Shown one piece after another: positions 23,501 through 38,041 of a stretch of DNA of 64,000 nt. How positions within the stretch are numbered: the stretch's first letter is position 1; each line of letters begins with the position of its first letter. The notes under the pieces were generated by a model, which had not been told where the DNA came from, did not search any database, and worked only from the letters and a program-made list of their open reading frames with translations. The position numbers and the translations under genes are program-made. The DNA is from an uncultured Spirochaetota bacterium (GTDB lineage Bacteria > Spirochaetota > Spirochaetia > SZUA-6 > CAVTHK01): contig CAVTHK010000003.1 in assembly GCA_963734495.1 (NCBI GenBank), forward strand, positions 192,001 through 256,000, read 5' to 3'.

Positions 23501-26247
23501 CCGGTCATCGTCACCGTGGAGGTGCTGGGTGTGAAGGTGCCGGCTGTGATGGACACGTTGCCGCTGGAGTTCAGCGCGCCGTTGGAGGAGAAGGTGTAGG
23601 CGCCCGCCGACATGGTGAAGCCGGCGCAGCTCAAGGTACCTGTCGATTGTGTGATGGTGGCAGCCGCGTTGCCGAGCGACACAGTCCTGCTGCCGGTGGC
23701 GCCGTCGAGGGTACCGCTGCCGATGGCGATGGTGGCGGCAGTGGCCGAGCTCATGGCGAGGTTGGCGCCTAGCTGCAGGGTGTTGCCGTTGAGGTCCAGC
23801 GTCCCCCGCGTCATCGTCAGCGTCCCAGTGAGCGTGACGTTGCTCAGCAGCTGCACCGTGGTGGCTCCCGCCCCCTTGTTGATGGTGAGGGCGTTCAGCG
23901 TCGCGGTGGCAGGAGGAGCATTCAGCGTGCTCCCGCTGGCTCCCTGCAGTGTCATGGTGGAGGTGACACGCGTAAAGTTGCCCGTCGCGGAGAAGCTCAC
24001 GTTGCCGCTGATCAGCAGGCTCTCGGAAGCTGTGGCAGCCAGGGTGGCGCCATTGCTCACCGTCACGTTGCCGCCCACAGTCAGGTTCTGGCCCCCCAGG
24101 CTGAAGGTGCCCGTGGTGACCGCCAGGTTGCCCGCAACGGTCAGCGCGCTGGTGGTGATGCTCACCGTGCCCCCGGAGGACAGGGTGAGGTTGTTCAGCT
24201 GGTTGCCGCCGGCCACCTGCACGGTTGTGCCTGCTCCGGTCATCGTCACCGTGGAGGTGCTGGGTGTGAAGGTGCCGGCTGTGATGGACACGTTGCCGCT
24301 GGAGTTCAGCGCGCCGTTGGAGGAGAAGGTGTAGGCGCCCGCCGACATGGTGAAGCCGGCGCAGCTCAAGGTACCTGTCGATTGTGTGATGGTGGCAGCC
24401 GCGTTGCTGAGCGACACAGTCCTGCTGCCGGTGGCGCCGTCGAGGGTACCGCTGCCGATGGCGATGGTGGCGGCAGTGGCCGAGCTCATGGCGAGGTTGG
24501 CGCCGAGCTGCAGGGTGTTGCCGTTGAGGTCCAGCGTCCCCCGCGTCATCGTCAGCGTCCCAGTGAGCGTGACGTTGCTCAGCAGCTGCACCGTGGTGGC
24601 TCCCGCCCCCTTGTTGATGGTGAGGGCGTTCAGCGTCGCGGTGGCAGGAGGAGCATTCAGCGTGCTCCCGCTGGCTCCCTGCAGTGTCATGGTGGAGGTG
24701 ACACGCGTAAAGTTGCCCGTCGCGGAGAAGCTCACGTTGCCGCTGATCAGCAGGCTCTCGGAAGCTGTGGCAGCCAGGGTGGCGCCATTGCTCACCGTCA
24801 CGTTGCCGCCCACAGTCAGGTTCTGGCCCCCCAGGCTGAAGGTGCCCGTGGTGACCGCCAGGTTGCCCGCAACGGTCAGCGCGCTGGTGGTGATGCTCAC
24901 CGTGCCCCCGGAGGACAGGGTGAGGTTGTTCAGCTGGTTGCCGCCGGCCACCTGCACGGTTGTGCCTGCTCCGGTCATCGTCACCGTGGAGGTGCTGGGT
25001 GTGAAGGTGCCGGCTGTGATGGACACGTTGCCGCTGGAGTTCAGCGCACCGTTGGAGGAGAAGGTGTAGGTGCCCGCCGACATGGTGAAGCCGGCGCAGC
25101 TCAAGGTACCCGTGCTCTGCGTGATGGTGGCGGCCGCGTTGCTGAGCGACACAGTCCTGCTGCCGGTGGCGCCGTTGAGGGTGCCGCTGCCGATGGCGAT
25201 GGTGGCGGCAGTGGCCAATGGCGAGGTTGGCGCCCAGCTGCAGGGTGTTGCCGTTGAGGTCCAGCGTCCCCCGCGTCATCGTCAGCGTCCCAGTGAGCGT
25301 GACGTTGCTCAGCAGCTGCACCGTGGTGCCCCCGGCCCCTGTGTTCACCGTCACGTTGCGGAAGCTGAACCCGGCGCTATTGATGGTCGCTGCCGCGCTG
25401 TTGAACAGAAAGGTCCCGGTTGTCGTGAAGGTCGCAAGGCTTGTCAGGTTGACCGCGCCGGCAGTGACCGTGACCTGGTTGGCGCCGCAGTTCAACGTTC
25501 CGCCGCCCGCGGCGGCCGAAACCCCCCCCGTCCCGGCTGCCCCGCTGATAATAAGGGCGTCTGCGAGGGTCACGTTTCCGCTCAGTGAGGCAGTCCCCAC
25601 CCTCAGCCCCGCGATCGTCTTGCCCGCGCTGGTGAAGGTCGTAGGGCCGTCGACGAAGTCCACATCGGTCGAACCGGGCGTGTAGGTGATGTTCGTCAGG
25701 TTGACAGTCGCCCCATGCAGGCGCAGACGGCCGGCACCCCCCGCGTTGAGCGTGGCGGTGCCCGCCCCGCTGACAGTGCCGTAGACTTCGACTCTCGTCC
25801 CCGTGCCCGAGGCCCCGGAGAAATTGAGCGTGCCGTTGTTGTTGATGGCCAGGTTGCCGCCGATGGTGAGCGTGTTGTCTTGTGTCACCAGTGTACCGGG
25901 GTTCGCGCCCCCCAGCGTGCAGTTGGCATTGATGGGCAGAGGGTACGTAAGCGTAAGCGAAGCCCCTGTGCCGCGAATCGTGAGCGAATTGATGCTCGTC
26001 CCGACTCCGGAAGGGTCTGTAGCGTAGTCATAGTCCATCACGACCGCGTTGTTGGCTGCGGTAGGGATCGACACGTCATCGGCGGAACCCGGAACCGCGA
26101 ATATGTCCCAGTTGTTGATATTGCTCCAGAGGATCGCCGCCCTCCTCCTGTCCAGGTGGCAGGAGCACAGAGCAACAAAGGGACGAGGAAAAAAAGGGCA
26201 GTCACGCAGACGCGGGCCGGGACGCGCACCTTACCCTCTCCGTTCAT
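14517..26247 (-). CDS. Giant (~3900 aa) repeat-rich secreted beta-solenoid/adhesin-like protein with C-terminal FlgD-Ig-like domain; about ten indels
   Basis: Continuous G/T/A/S/N/V-rich sequence through ORFs 26247, 26074, 25218, 22560, 17798, 16786, 15861, 15308, 14983 and 14837; N-terminal signal-like segment; C-terminus NNVINP...WDGRN...GVYFIKVVGPGIDETRKVLVVR. Confidence 0.8.
16920..20235. repeat. Dispersed internal repeat C (~0.7 kb; ~16920-17575 and ~19510-20235)
   Basis: Both copies encode AISCGAF...NNTLTMTGAGPATL...QDFGNVSISGAGTNL...SGNWTVAAGGLMAF. Confidence 0.8.
18465..22735. repeat. Internal repeat B (864-bp period, two tandem copies plus a dispersed copy at ~18465-19400)
   Basis: Anchor gtcgtagaaggtctcgttggtgttgctgcc at 19246, 21649 and 22513. 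Confidence 0.9.
22840..25330. repeat. Internal tandem repeat A (735-bp period, ~3.4 near-identical copies)
   Basis: Antisense ORFs 23612..24334 and 24347..25069 are nearly identical and offset by 735; TTVQLLSNVTLTGTLTMT occurs four times. Confidence 0.95.
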
Positions 26248-26376
26248 CGTAAGTCTTCCCTATGCAGGAGCTTACCACCATCCGCCGTTCAATCACAGAA
26301 GCAAACGGGACCGGCAGCGCGTGCCGGCCCCGCCGTGAGCTTCCCCGCAGGTATCTGGACTATTCAGCCCGAAAGT

Positions 26377-28740
26377 CTAGTTCGACAGCACCCACAATTC
26401 GCTGTCCGAGGAGCCGTCGTCGGCCTGGAAATAGAGCTTGCCGTTGAACGCCATGAACTGGCCCGGATTGCTGTCCCCCGCGCCCGGGTTGATGTCCTTC
26501 ACCAGGCTGACCGTGCTTCCGTCGTACTTGTAGAGCTCCCAGCCCGCGCCACCGCCGTCGTTGCCGGAGAAGTACAGCGCACCGCCATACACCCCCATGC
26601 CGGTGGCAGCAACACCGTCCGCGGAGCCCGGGTTCAGGTCCTTCACCTGGCTGATCGAGCTGCCGTCGTACTTCCACAGCTCCACGCCCGTGCTGCCGTC
26701 GTTGCCCAGGAAATACAGCGCGTTGGCGAAAACCACCATCGCAGCACCGGGAACAGGCGTAACGCTCTTGCTTGCGTCAGCAAGCACGGTCCCCACGCCG
26801 GTCCCGTTGCTCTTCCACAGCCTTGTGTTCGTGCCGTCGTAGGCGGAGAAACACAACAGGCTGTTGAACACGGTGAGGTTCGCCGGGTTGCTGTTGCCGG
26901 CAGGGTTGATGTCCTTGACGAGCGTGATCGTGGTGCCGTTTGTGCTGTACAGCTCCCGCCCGGCTGTTCCCGCGCTGTCCCCGGCCGCCATGTACAACGC
27001 CGTCCCGAACGTCTGCAGGTACGCCGGGGTGACCAGCGTGGTGACGGCGGCAGGCGGCGTCAAGGAGCCGTCGTAGGCGAACAGCGGGAAGTCGATTCCA
27101 TTGGTCGTAGCCTGGAAGTAGAGCTTGGAGTTGAACACTGTCAGGAACGTGGGGTTGCTGGACCCGGTGGTGTTGATATCGTCCACAAGGCTGGGCGAGG
27201 TGCCGTTGTATTTCCACAGCTCCGTCCCGGAGGAGCCGTCGGAAGCGGAGAAATAGAGGGCGCCGCTGAACACGCAGAGGTTGGAAGGGTTGCTCGAGCC
27301 GCTCCCCGCGTTGATGTCGGCGGCGCGGGCGGCCGACGTGCCGTCGTATTTCCACAGCTCCGTTCCCGAGGAGCCGTCTGTGGCGGAAAAGTAGAGGGCG
27401 GTGCCGAACACGCAGGGGCTGGAGGGGTTGCTCGAGCCGGCGCCCGGGTTGATGTCGGCCGCGCGCTGCAAGGCAACCTGGACCGGCGGAACGTACGGAT
27501 CGTAGTAGTGCAGATACCAGTCCGTGAACTCCGCGCCCATGCTCTGTCTCCAGAGCGTGAAGCGGGGATAAGGGATCTCGATGCGCTGACCTTCGTCCGG
27601 GTTCTTCCATGCCGACGGCACAAGAAGCGCCCACGGGAACCCTTGCGAGTCCTGGAAGGAGCTTCCGGAGTTGCGGGAGTTCGGGAGCGCACCTTCGCCC
27701 ATGAGATGGATATCGTATCCGGTGTTGTAGACGTACAGGTAGGGGTTGTACGGCGCCTGGTCGATCTGCGCCGGGTCCTGAGGCGTCTTGAACTCCAGGG
27801 AGAAGTCCGCAGTCTTCCCGACTGAGTCCTTCGTGCTGTCAAAGAGCACGATGTCGGCCTGGCCGCTGACGCTGCGATCCTTGATGCCGCGGCCAGCAGA
27901 CAGCCCGCTGGCGTTCAGGTACGTGACGTTCAGAAGGGCGTCTCCGGCAAAGGGGCTGAAGAAGATGCCGAAGCGATGGTTGTACCCGGCCAGCTTGACC
28001 GTGGCCCTGGCATGGCCTTCGACACGCACGACCTTGTTCGCCGAATCGGTGATCAACGTTATCTGGTACTCGGCGATGAAGTCGTTGTAGTCGGCGTCAC
28101 CGGCCTGGGCCTGCAGGTAAAGATCTTCGAACGCTACAGTGAGCGGTCCGCTGGCTGGGACGTTCAGGGTAAAGGCCGACTGCGGGTCGTCCGGGGAAGC
28201 GTCGTACGCGTCCGGGACGCCGTCGCCGTCCCTGTCCGGAAGGCTAGCGCTCCTGGCGGCGCTGCCCGTGGAGACCAACGCCATCTTCCTGTTGACCTCG
28301 GAGTACCTCCGCATGTCTCGAATGACCACCTGCCTCTCGCCGAAGCCCTCTGCGCTGAGGGTGAGGGTCATGTCTTCCGGGGCAGCCGGAAGGCTCAGCC
28401 CACCGTGAAGTGTGCCGTCCGCCTGCACCTTGCCGGCGTACACGAGGTTTCCCTTGGAATCGTGGAGGTTCGCGATCACCTCAGCCGCGCCAGGCGCGAG
28501 CTTCTCGAGCGCTCCCCGCCCGCTCCCGGATGCAGAATAGAGGTCTACGCTCAGGTTGAGCGCCACGGGGAGAAGTGTCTGAAACCTGAACTCTCCCGTG
28601 AACGGCCGGGAAACATCTGCGACCTGGTCCGCGGGACGAGAAGGAGTGGCGTTGCCTGTGGCCGCTTCGTTCAGCGGGCTGGGACAGCCGCTGAGCAGCA
28701 ACAGAGCCGCCGCGCATGACAAAGGAAAAAGCTTACGCAT
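26377..28740 (-). CDS. Lipoprotein with Ca-binding TSP3-like motif, LruC domain and ELWxxDGT repeats
   Basis: Lipobox LLLSGC; DRDGDGVPD; AFEDLY...DADYND and PWALLVP...YPRF; repeated GTELWKYDGT and DINPG. Confidence 0.85.
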   Translation of the reverse strand: MRKLFPLSCAAALLLLSGCPSPLNEAATGNATPSRPADQVADVSRPFTGEFRFQTLLPVALNLSVDLYSASGSGRGALEKLAPGAAEVIANLHDSKGNLVYAGKVQADGTLHGGLSLPAAPEDMTLTLSAEGFGERQVVIRDMRRYSEVNRKMALVSTGSAARSASLPDRDGDGVPDAYDASPDDPQSAFTLNVPASGPLTVAFEDLYLQAQAGDADYNDFIAEYQITLITDSANKVVRVEGHARATVKLAGYNHRFGIFFSPFAGDALLNVTYLNASGLSAGRGIKDRSVSGQADIVLFDSTKDSVGKTADFSLEFKTPQDPAQIDQAPYNPYLYVYNTGYDIHLMGEGALPNSRNSGSSFQDSQGFPWALLVPSAWKNPDEGQRIEIPYPRFTLWRQSMGAEFTDWYLHYYDPYVPPVQVALQRAADINPGAGSSNPSSPCVFGTALYFSATDGSSGTELWKYDGTSAARAADINAGSGSSNPSNLCVFSGALYFSASDGSSGTELWKYNGTSPSLVDDINTTGSSNPTFLTVFNSKLYFQATTNGIDFPLFAYDGSLTPPAAVTTLVTPAYLQTFGTALYMAAGDSAGTAGRELYSTNGTTITLVKDINPAGNSNPANLTVFNSLLCFSAYDGTNTRLWKSNGTGVGTVLADASKSVTPVPGAAMVVFANALYFLGNDGSTGVELWKYDGSSISQVKDLNPGSADGVAATGMGVYGGALYFSGNDGGGAGWELYKYDGSTVSLVKDINPGAGDSNPGQFMAFNGKLYFQADDGSSDSELWVLSN

Positions 28741-29891
28741 GAGAGACCTCCCGAATCCCGACCTGTCTATGCCGGTTGCGCTCCCCTCTTGCGCAAGCGA
28801 ACGTCAATGGAGCACCCACAGCTCGCTGCCGGTAGTTCCATCGTCGGCCTGAAAGTAGAGCCTGTTGTTGAACGCCATGAACTGCCCGGGGTTGCTGTCC
28901 CCCGCGCCCGGGTTGATGTCCTTCACCAGGCTGACCGTGCTCCCGTCGTACTTGTAGAGCTCCCAGCCCGCGCCACCGCCGTCGTTGCCGGAGAAGTACA
29001 GCGCACCGCCATACACCCCCATGCCGGTGGCAGCAACACCGTCCGCGGAGCCCGGGTTCAGGTCCTTCACCTGGCTGATCGAGCTGCCGTCGTACTTCCA
29101 CAGCTCCACGCCCGTGCTGCCGTCGTTGCCCAGGAAATACAGCGCGTTGGCGAAAACCACCATCGCAGCACCGGGAACAGGCGTAACGCTCTTGCTTGCG
29201 TCAGCAAGCACGGTCCCCACGCCGGTCCCGTTGCTCTTCCACAGCCTTGTGTTCGTGCCGTCGTAGGCGGAGAAACACAACAGGCTGTTGAACACGGTGA
29301 GGTTCGCCGGGTTGCTGTTGCCGGCAGGGTTGATGTCCTTGACGAGCGTGATCGTGGTGCCGTTTGTGCTGTACAGCTCCCGCCCGGCTGTTCCCGCGCT
29401 GTCCTCGGCCGCCATGTACAACGCCGTCCCGAACGTCTGCAGGTACGCCGGGGTGACCAGCGTGGTGACGGCGGCAGGCGGCGTCAAGGAGCCGTCGTAG
29501 GCGAACAGCGGGAAGTCGATTCCATTGGTCGTAGCCTGGAAGTAGAGCTTGGAGTTGAACACTGTCAGGAACGTGGGGTTGCTGGACCCGGTGGTGTTGA
29601 TATCGTCCACAAGGCTGGGCGAGGTGCCGTTGTATTTCCACAGCTCCGTCCCGGAGGAGCCGTCGGAAGCGGAGAAATAGAGGGCGCCGCTGAACACGCA
29701 GAGGTTGGAAGGGTTGCTCGAGCCGCTCCCCGCGTTGATGTCGGCGGCGCGGGCGGCCGACGTGCCGTCGTATTTCCACAGCTCCGTTCCCGAGGAGCCG
29801 TCTGTGGCCGAAAAGTAGAGGGCGGCGCTGAACACGCAGGGGTTGGAGGGGTTGCTCGAGCCGGCACCGAGGTTGATGTCGGCCGCGCGCT
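26443..29891. repeat. Near-identical ~1025-bp direct duplication (26443-27467 and 28867-29891; offset 2424)
   Basis: Identical antisense ORFs at 26561 and 28985; encoded proteins differ mainly at the edges plus AAGDS/AAEDS. Confidence 0.95.
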
Positions 29892-30021
29892 CGACGACCA
29901 GGGGGGACGGCGTCGTCCCATCCGAGCCGCCGGGGCTGGCGCACCGCAGGACCGGTATGACCAGCACCATAAACAGCAGAAGACGGATGAGTTGTTTCGC
30001 TCGAGACCCACTTTTTCTCAT
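28804..30021 (-). CDS. ELWxxDGT-repeat (probable beta-propeller) putative lipoprotein
   Basis: Basic plus hydrophobic N-terminus ending VLRC; repeated ELWKYDGT-type units. Confidence 0.85.
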   Translation of the reverse strand: MRKSGSRAKQLIRLLLFMVLVIPVLRCASPGGSDGTTPSPLVVERAADINLGAGSSNPSNPCVFSAALYFSATDGSSGTELWKYDGTSAARAADINAGSGSSNPSNLCVFSGALYFSASDGSSGTELWKYNGTSPSLVDDINTTGSSNPTFLTVFNSKLYFQATTNGIDFPLFAYDGSLTPPAAVTTLVTPAYLQTFGTALYMAAEDSAGTAGRELYSTNGTTITLVKDINPAGNSNPANLTVFNSLLCFSAYDGTNTRLWKSNGTGVGTVLADASKSVTPVPGAAMVVFANALYFLGNDGSTGVELWKYDGSSISQVKDLNPGSADGVAATGMGVYGGALYFSGNDGGGAGWELYKYDGSTVSLVKDINPGAGDSNPGQFMAFNNRLYFQADDGTTGSELWVLH

Positions 30022-30294
30022 GTTGGGACGCAAAGCGCCTCCGTTTTGCCCGGCCAAGCCCTCCCTCTTGACCCTTCGGGATCATCCTACCACCTCCAGG
30101 CCGGCTTTTCCACTGCCCGCGGCGGTGGCCGATATCGCGGGAAAGCGGGCTAACTGCCTCTGGAAATAGGGGATACGAGCCGGAGGGGGTCGATCATTCC
30201 GAGTCGACGCTTTTGTCCCATGTGGTGGCGATATAAGGCGGGCACAAGGGGCCCGACCACTCCCGTTCGCGGACCGTTGGCAGGCCGGTCGTGG

Positions 30295-30894
30295 TCACGG
30301 CGCCGTGTAGTTCTCGGCGATGACGGTGGCAGTCATCGAGCGCCAGGCTTCATAGGTGTCGGAGGCTATGACCTGTCCGTCACCTGTGACCGTGGCCGTG
30401 ATCGACATCATCCGGAAGACCTGGTAGCCCTCGCTTCCGAGGGGGAAGGGATTATCGCCCGCTGTCAACGTGAGATCCGTGGCTGCCACCGCAGTCACCG
30501 CGCTGTAGACGCCGCTTCCCGTGTTCAGGGCCATGTCGCCCACACGGACACCTGCGGCCACGAAATTGGCAGTCCCGTCAACGAGATGGCCGGCGGACGC
30601 GACGGTGGCGCTGCCCGACGCAATCGGAGGCGGATCAGGGCTCACATCGATGCGCAGGTACACGGGGGGGCGCATCACGTGCTCGTCGTTGTCGTAGTCC
30701 AGCGACCAGGGAAGCCCCGCGCCCGCGAATGTGCGCAACGTGCCCGATTCATCGGCCACGGCCGTGACCGAAACGTTGACCGCCGTGCCACTGAGCCGGT
30801 ATTCGACCGTCGAGTACTCGGGGTCGATGCGCCAGGCGCACCCCGCGAGCAGCGCGGCCAGGGATACCAACAACAACCACCGACAGCTCTTCAT
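30295..30894 (-). CDS. Hypothetical lipoprotein
   Basis: MKSCRWLLLVSLAALLAGC lipobox; beta-rich mature region. Confidence 0.75.
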   Translation of the reverse strand: MKSCRWLLLVSLAALLAGCAWRIDPEYSTVEYRLSGTAVNVSVTAVADESGTLRTFAGAGLPWSLDYDNDEHVMRPPVYLRIDVSPDPPPIASGSATVASAGHLVDGTANFVAAGVRVGDMALNTGSGVYSAVTAVAATDLTLTAGDNPFPLGSEGYQVFRMMSITATVTGDGQVIASDTYEAWRSMTATVIAENYTAP

Positions 30895-31244
30895 ACTGGC
30901 TCCGACGCCTATCCCTAAGCATAACCCACTCCGCCGCCGAACCAGGGCACCGGTGGCCCTGCATTTCGATTTGCCAGCAGGCCCAGAGGCGGCTATCATT
31001 GAACGGGCAAGGGAAATCGGAAGGTCGGGAGGAAGTCCAGCCGCACGGAGGTGCTCCTGTGTACAAGCCGAGGCGCAGTCGTCCTTCGACCGATCACATG
31101 CCGAAGCACCCGGCAACGACCGCAGTACCGATTCGCAGGCAGCTGCTGATGGAGGGCCTGCTGATGACTCACGGCACCCGGGGCAAAGCGACCCGGGGAC
31201 CCAGAGGCAACAAGAAGTACTGAGCCCGCCTCCTGCGGGGAGAC

Positions 31245-31626
31245 ATGCATCCGGCGATCTTCGTCGCGGCCGCGGCCCTCGTCGTCCTGCTGGCGCTGCT
31301 GAGCCTTGCTGTGGCGCGCGGGAGCGGCGCGAGCAGGCGGCGTGGTGCGCGCGCCGCACAGGCGGCGGACACGCTGCCCCGTCTGCGGCTCCGGTCTGGA
31401 CGAGGGCGAGTCCGTCAAGACCGTCGCTTACCCCGGTCGGGCTGAGCGCCTGGTGCACTTGTACGGCTGCCGCCAGTGCTACGGAGCCGGCGCTCACCTC
31501 CCGCGGCGCTGCCCCGTCTGCCGCGCGCTCCTGGAAGCAGAGGACTACCTCGTCGGCAGGCTGCTCGCGGGCGAGCCGCGCGGGCGGGTGCGGGTGTGGG
31601 GTTGCTCACGGTGTCAGCCGCGATAG
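31245..31626 (+). CDS. Membrane-anchored multi-CxxC (zinc-ribbon-like) protein, one indel
   Basis: TM in ORF 31245, then CPVC, CRQC, CPVC, CSRC in ORF 31306. Confidence 0.7.
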
Positions 31627-31632
31627 CGGCGG

Positions 31633-33457
<1,825 letters not shown>

Positions 33458-33525
33458 CGAAATTCTCCTTCGGCGCCGGACTGGCGCTCCGCGCGCCGAC
33501 GGCGCTCCCGCCTGGCGCCCCGGCC

Positions 33526-36179
<2,654 letters not shown>

Positions 36180-36399
36180 CTACTTCTCCTTAGATCCGCA
36201 ACGGGCGCATGTCCGGCCGGCAAGGGCCTCACACCGGACACGAGGATCTGAACATGTTGCGTCGCAGCTAAAATATGGAGAATCTCCACCCGCGGCAAAC
36301 AGCGCGGAGCGTCGCATCCGGTCTCGTACGCCGGTCCCGGCGCGCACGGGACGAGCACTGGTCGCTTCACCGGGACCCGACGCGCGCGCGAGAAGCTGG

Positions 36400-37837
36400 T
36401 CAGCGGGCGTTCTTCGCCCTTGCGCGCCCGCCGCGGCCCGCGGGCGCGGTCTGCCCGGCTTGCGCGGCCTGGCCCGCCTGCCCCGCCTGGCGGGCTCGCC
36501 CGTCAGGGGTCGTCGCCAGGCACTCGCGGAGCGCGGGTTTCGTCTCCAGGTCCTTCTTGAGCGCCTCGGCCCGCTCCTTGTTGACGTACGCCGGGCTCTG
36601 GAAGCTGTAGGTGAAGTTCGTGTGCACGTCGTAGGTGCCGGCCATGAGCGCGTAGGCGTCCTCGGCCATCACGAGCTCCTCGTCGGTCGGGATGACGAAG
36701 ATCCGGACCGGCGAGTCTTCCGTCGAGATGATCGTCTCCGCGTTGCGGGTCACCGCCGCCTGGTTGCGCCCGGCATCGAGCCGGATCCCGAGGCCGTCGA
36801 GCCCTTCCAGGGAGCCCCCGCGGATGGCAGGGCTCATCTCGCCGACGCCGGCGGTGAACACGATCGCGTCGACCCGGCCGAGCGCGGCGTAGTAGGAGCC
36901 GATGTACTTTCGGATCCGGTACGCCTCGATCTCGATCGCCAGCGGCCGCGAGCTTGTCGGTCTCGCGCGCCTTCATCACGTCGCGGCGGTCGGTGTACTT
37001 CTCCGTGATGCCGCGGATCCCGCTCATCTTGTTGAGCGTCCCCTCGAGGATGTCCGGGGCCACGCCTTCCTTGCGCATGATGTAGAAGTCGATCGCCGGG
37101 TCGTGGTCGCCCGCGCGCGTGCCCATCACGAGCCCCTCGAGCGGCGTCATGCCCATGGACGTGTCGTAGGAGCAGCCGTTCATGACCGCGTTGGCGCTCG
37201 CCCCGTTGCCGATGTGCATGCAGATCAGGTTGCAGTCGAACGGGCTCTTGCCGAGCAGGACCGCGGCCCTCTTGGCCACGTAGAGGAACGAGGTGCCGTG
37301 GAACCCGTAGCGCCGCACCCCGTACTCCCGGTACCACTTGTAGGGCAGGGCGTAGATGTAGGCCTTGGCCGGCATGGTCTGGTGCCACGCGGTGTCGAGG
37401 CTCACCGTGTGCGGGACGCGGGGCAGGACCTCGCGGGCGGCCTCGATGCCCATGATGTTGGCGGGGTTGTGCAGCGGGCTCAAGTCCGCGACGTCGCGGA
37501 AGATCCGCAGCGCCGCGTCGTCGACCACGATGCTCTTGGCGATCTTCTCGCCGCCGTGCACCAGCCGGTGGCCGACCGCCTTGATGTCGTTGATGTCGGT
37601 GAGGGCGCCGATCTTCGGGTCGAGCAGCGTGCGGATGATCAGGTCGATGGCTACGCGGTGGTTGGGGCAATCGTGCTCGATCGTCACGGTCTCGCGCCCC
37701 TTGGCGTAGTGGCTGATAAAGGAGCCGCCGACGGTCACGCGCTCCACGATTCCGCGGGCCCGCACTTCCTTGTTGTCCCAGTCGTAGAGCTGGTACTTGA
37801 CCGAAGAGCTGCCGCAGTTGAGCGTGAGTATGTCCAC
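36400..37837 (-). CDS. ackA: Acetate kinase (indel near 36945)
   Basis: [49 protein letters not shown]. Confidence 0.95.
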
Positions 37838-38041
37838 CGGTCGTCCTCCGAAGCTGTCCCAACTGGCGAGAGGCCGCGATCTCGAGCCGTGAGCTTTGCG
37901 TCCGATCTTAGGGAGCCCCCTCCGCTTTGTCAACGTGACGGCGGCGGCCGGCGGGCCACGTTCGTAAGCGAATGTAAGAACAGGTTGAAGGAAGGCGCCC
38001 GCGGCCTGCCGGGGCGGCACGCGGCTTGCTTTCCGCACGCC

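Noticed and set aside
22840-25330. CRISPR array or non-coding satellite
   Set aside because: In-frame 735-bp coding repeats; no repeat-spacer structure and no cas genes
26377-30021. Diversity-generating retroelement template/variable repeat pair
   Set aside because: The repeat is ~1 kb, both copies are coding, differences are not clearly adenine-specific, and no reverse transcriptase is in the window
30025-30045. c-di-GMP-I riboswitch-like GGGACGCAAAGC
   Set aside because: On the wrong strand for the adjacent gene and lacks the upstream GAAA stem
33458-33525. glmS ribozyme
   Set aside because: Only 68 bp separate clpB and glmS, with no recognisable core
36180-36399. CIRCE or HAIR operator upstream of clpB
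   Set aside because: Neither TTAGCACTC-N9-GAGTGCTAA nor CTTGAGT-N7-ACTCAAG is recognisable
36440-36500. Short QAG-encoding repeats in the ackA tail
   Set aside because: Low-complexity C-terminal extension with no evidence of function
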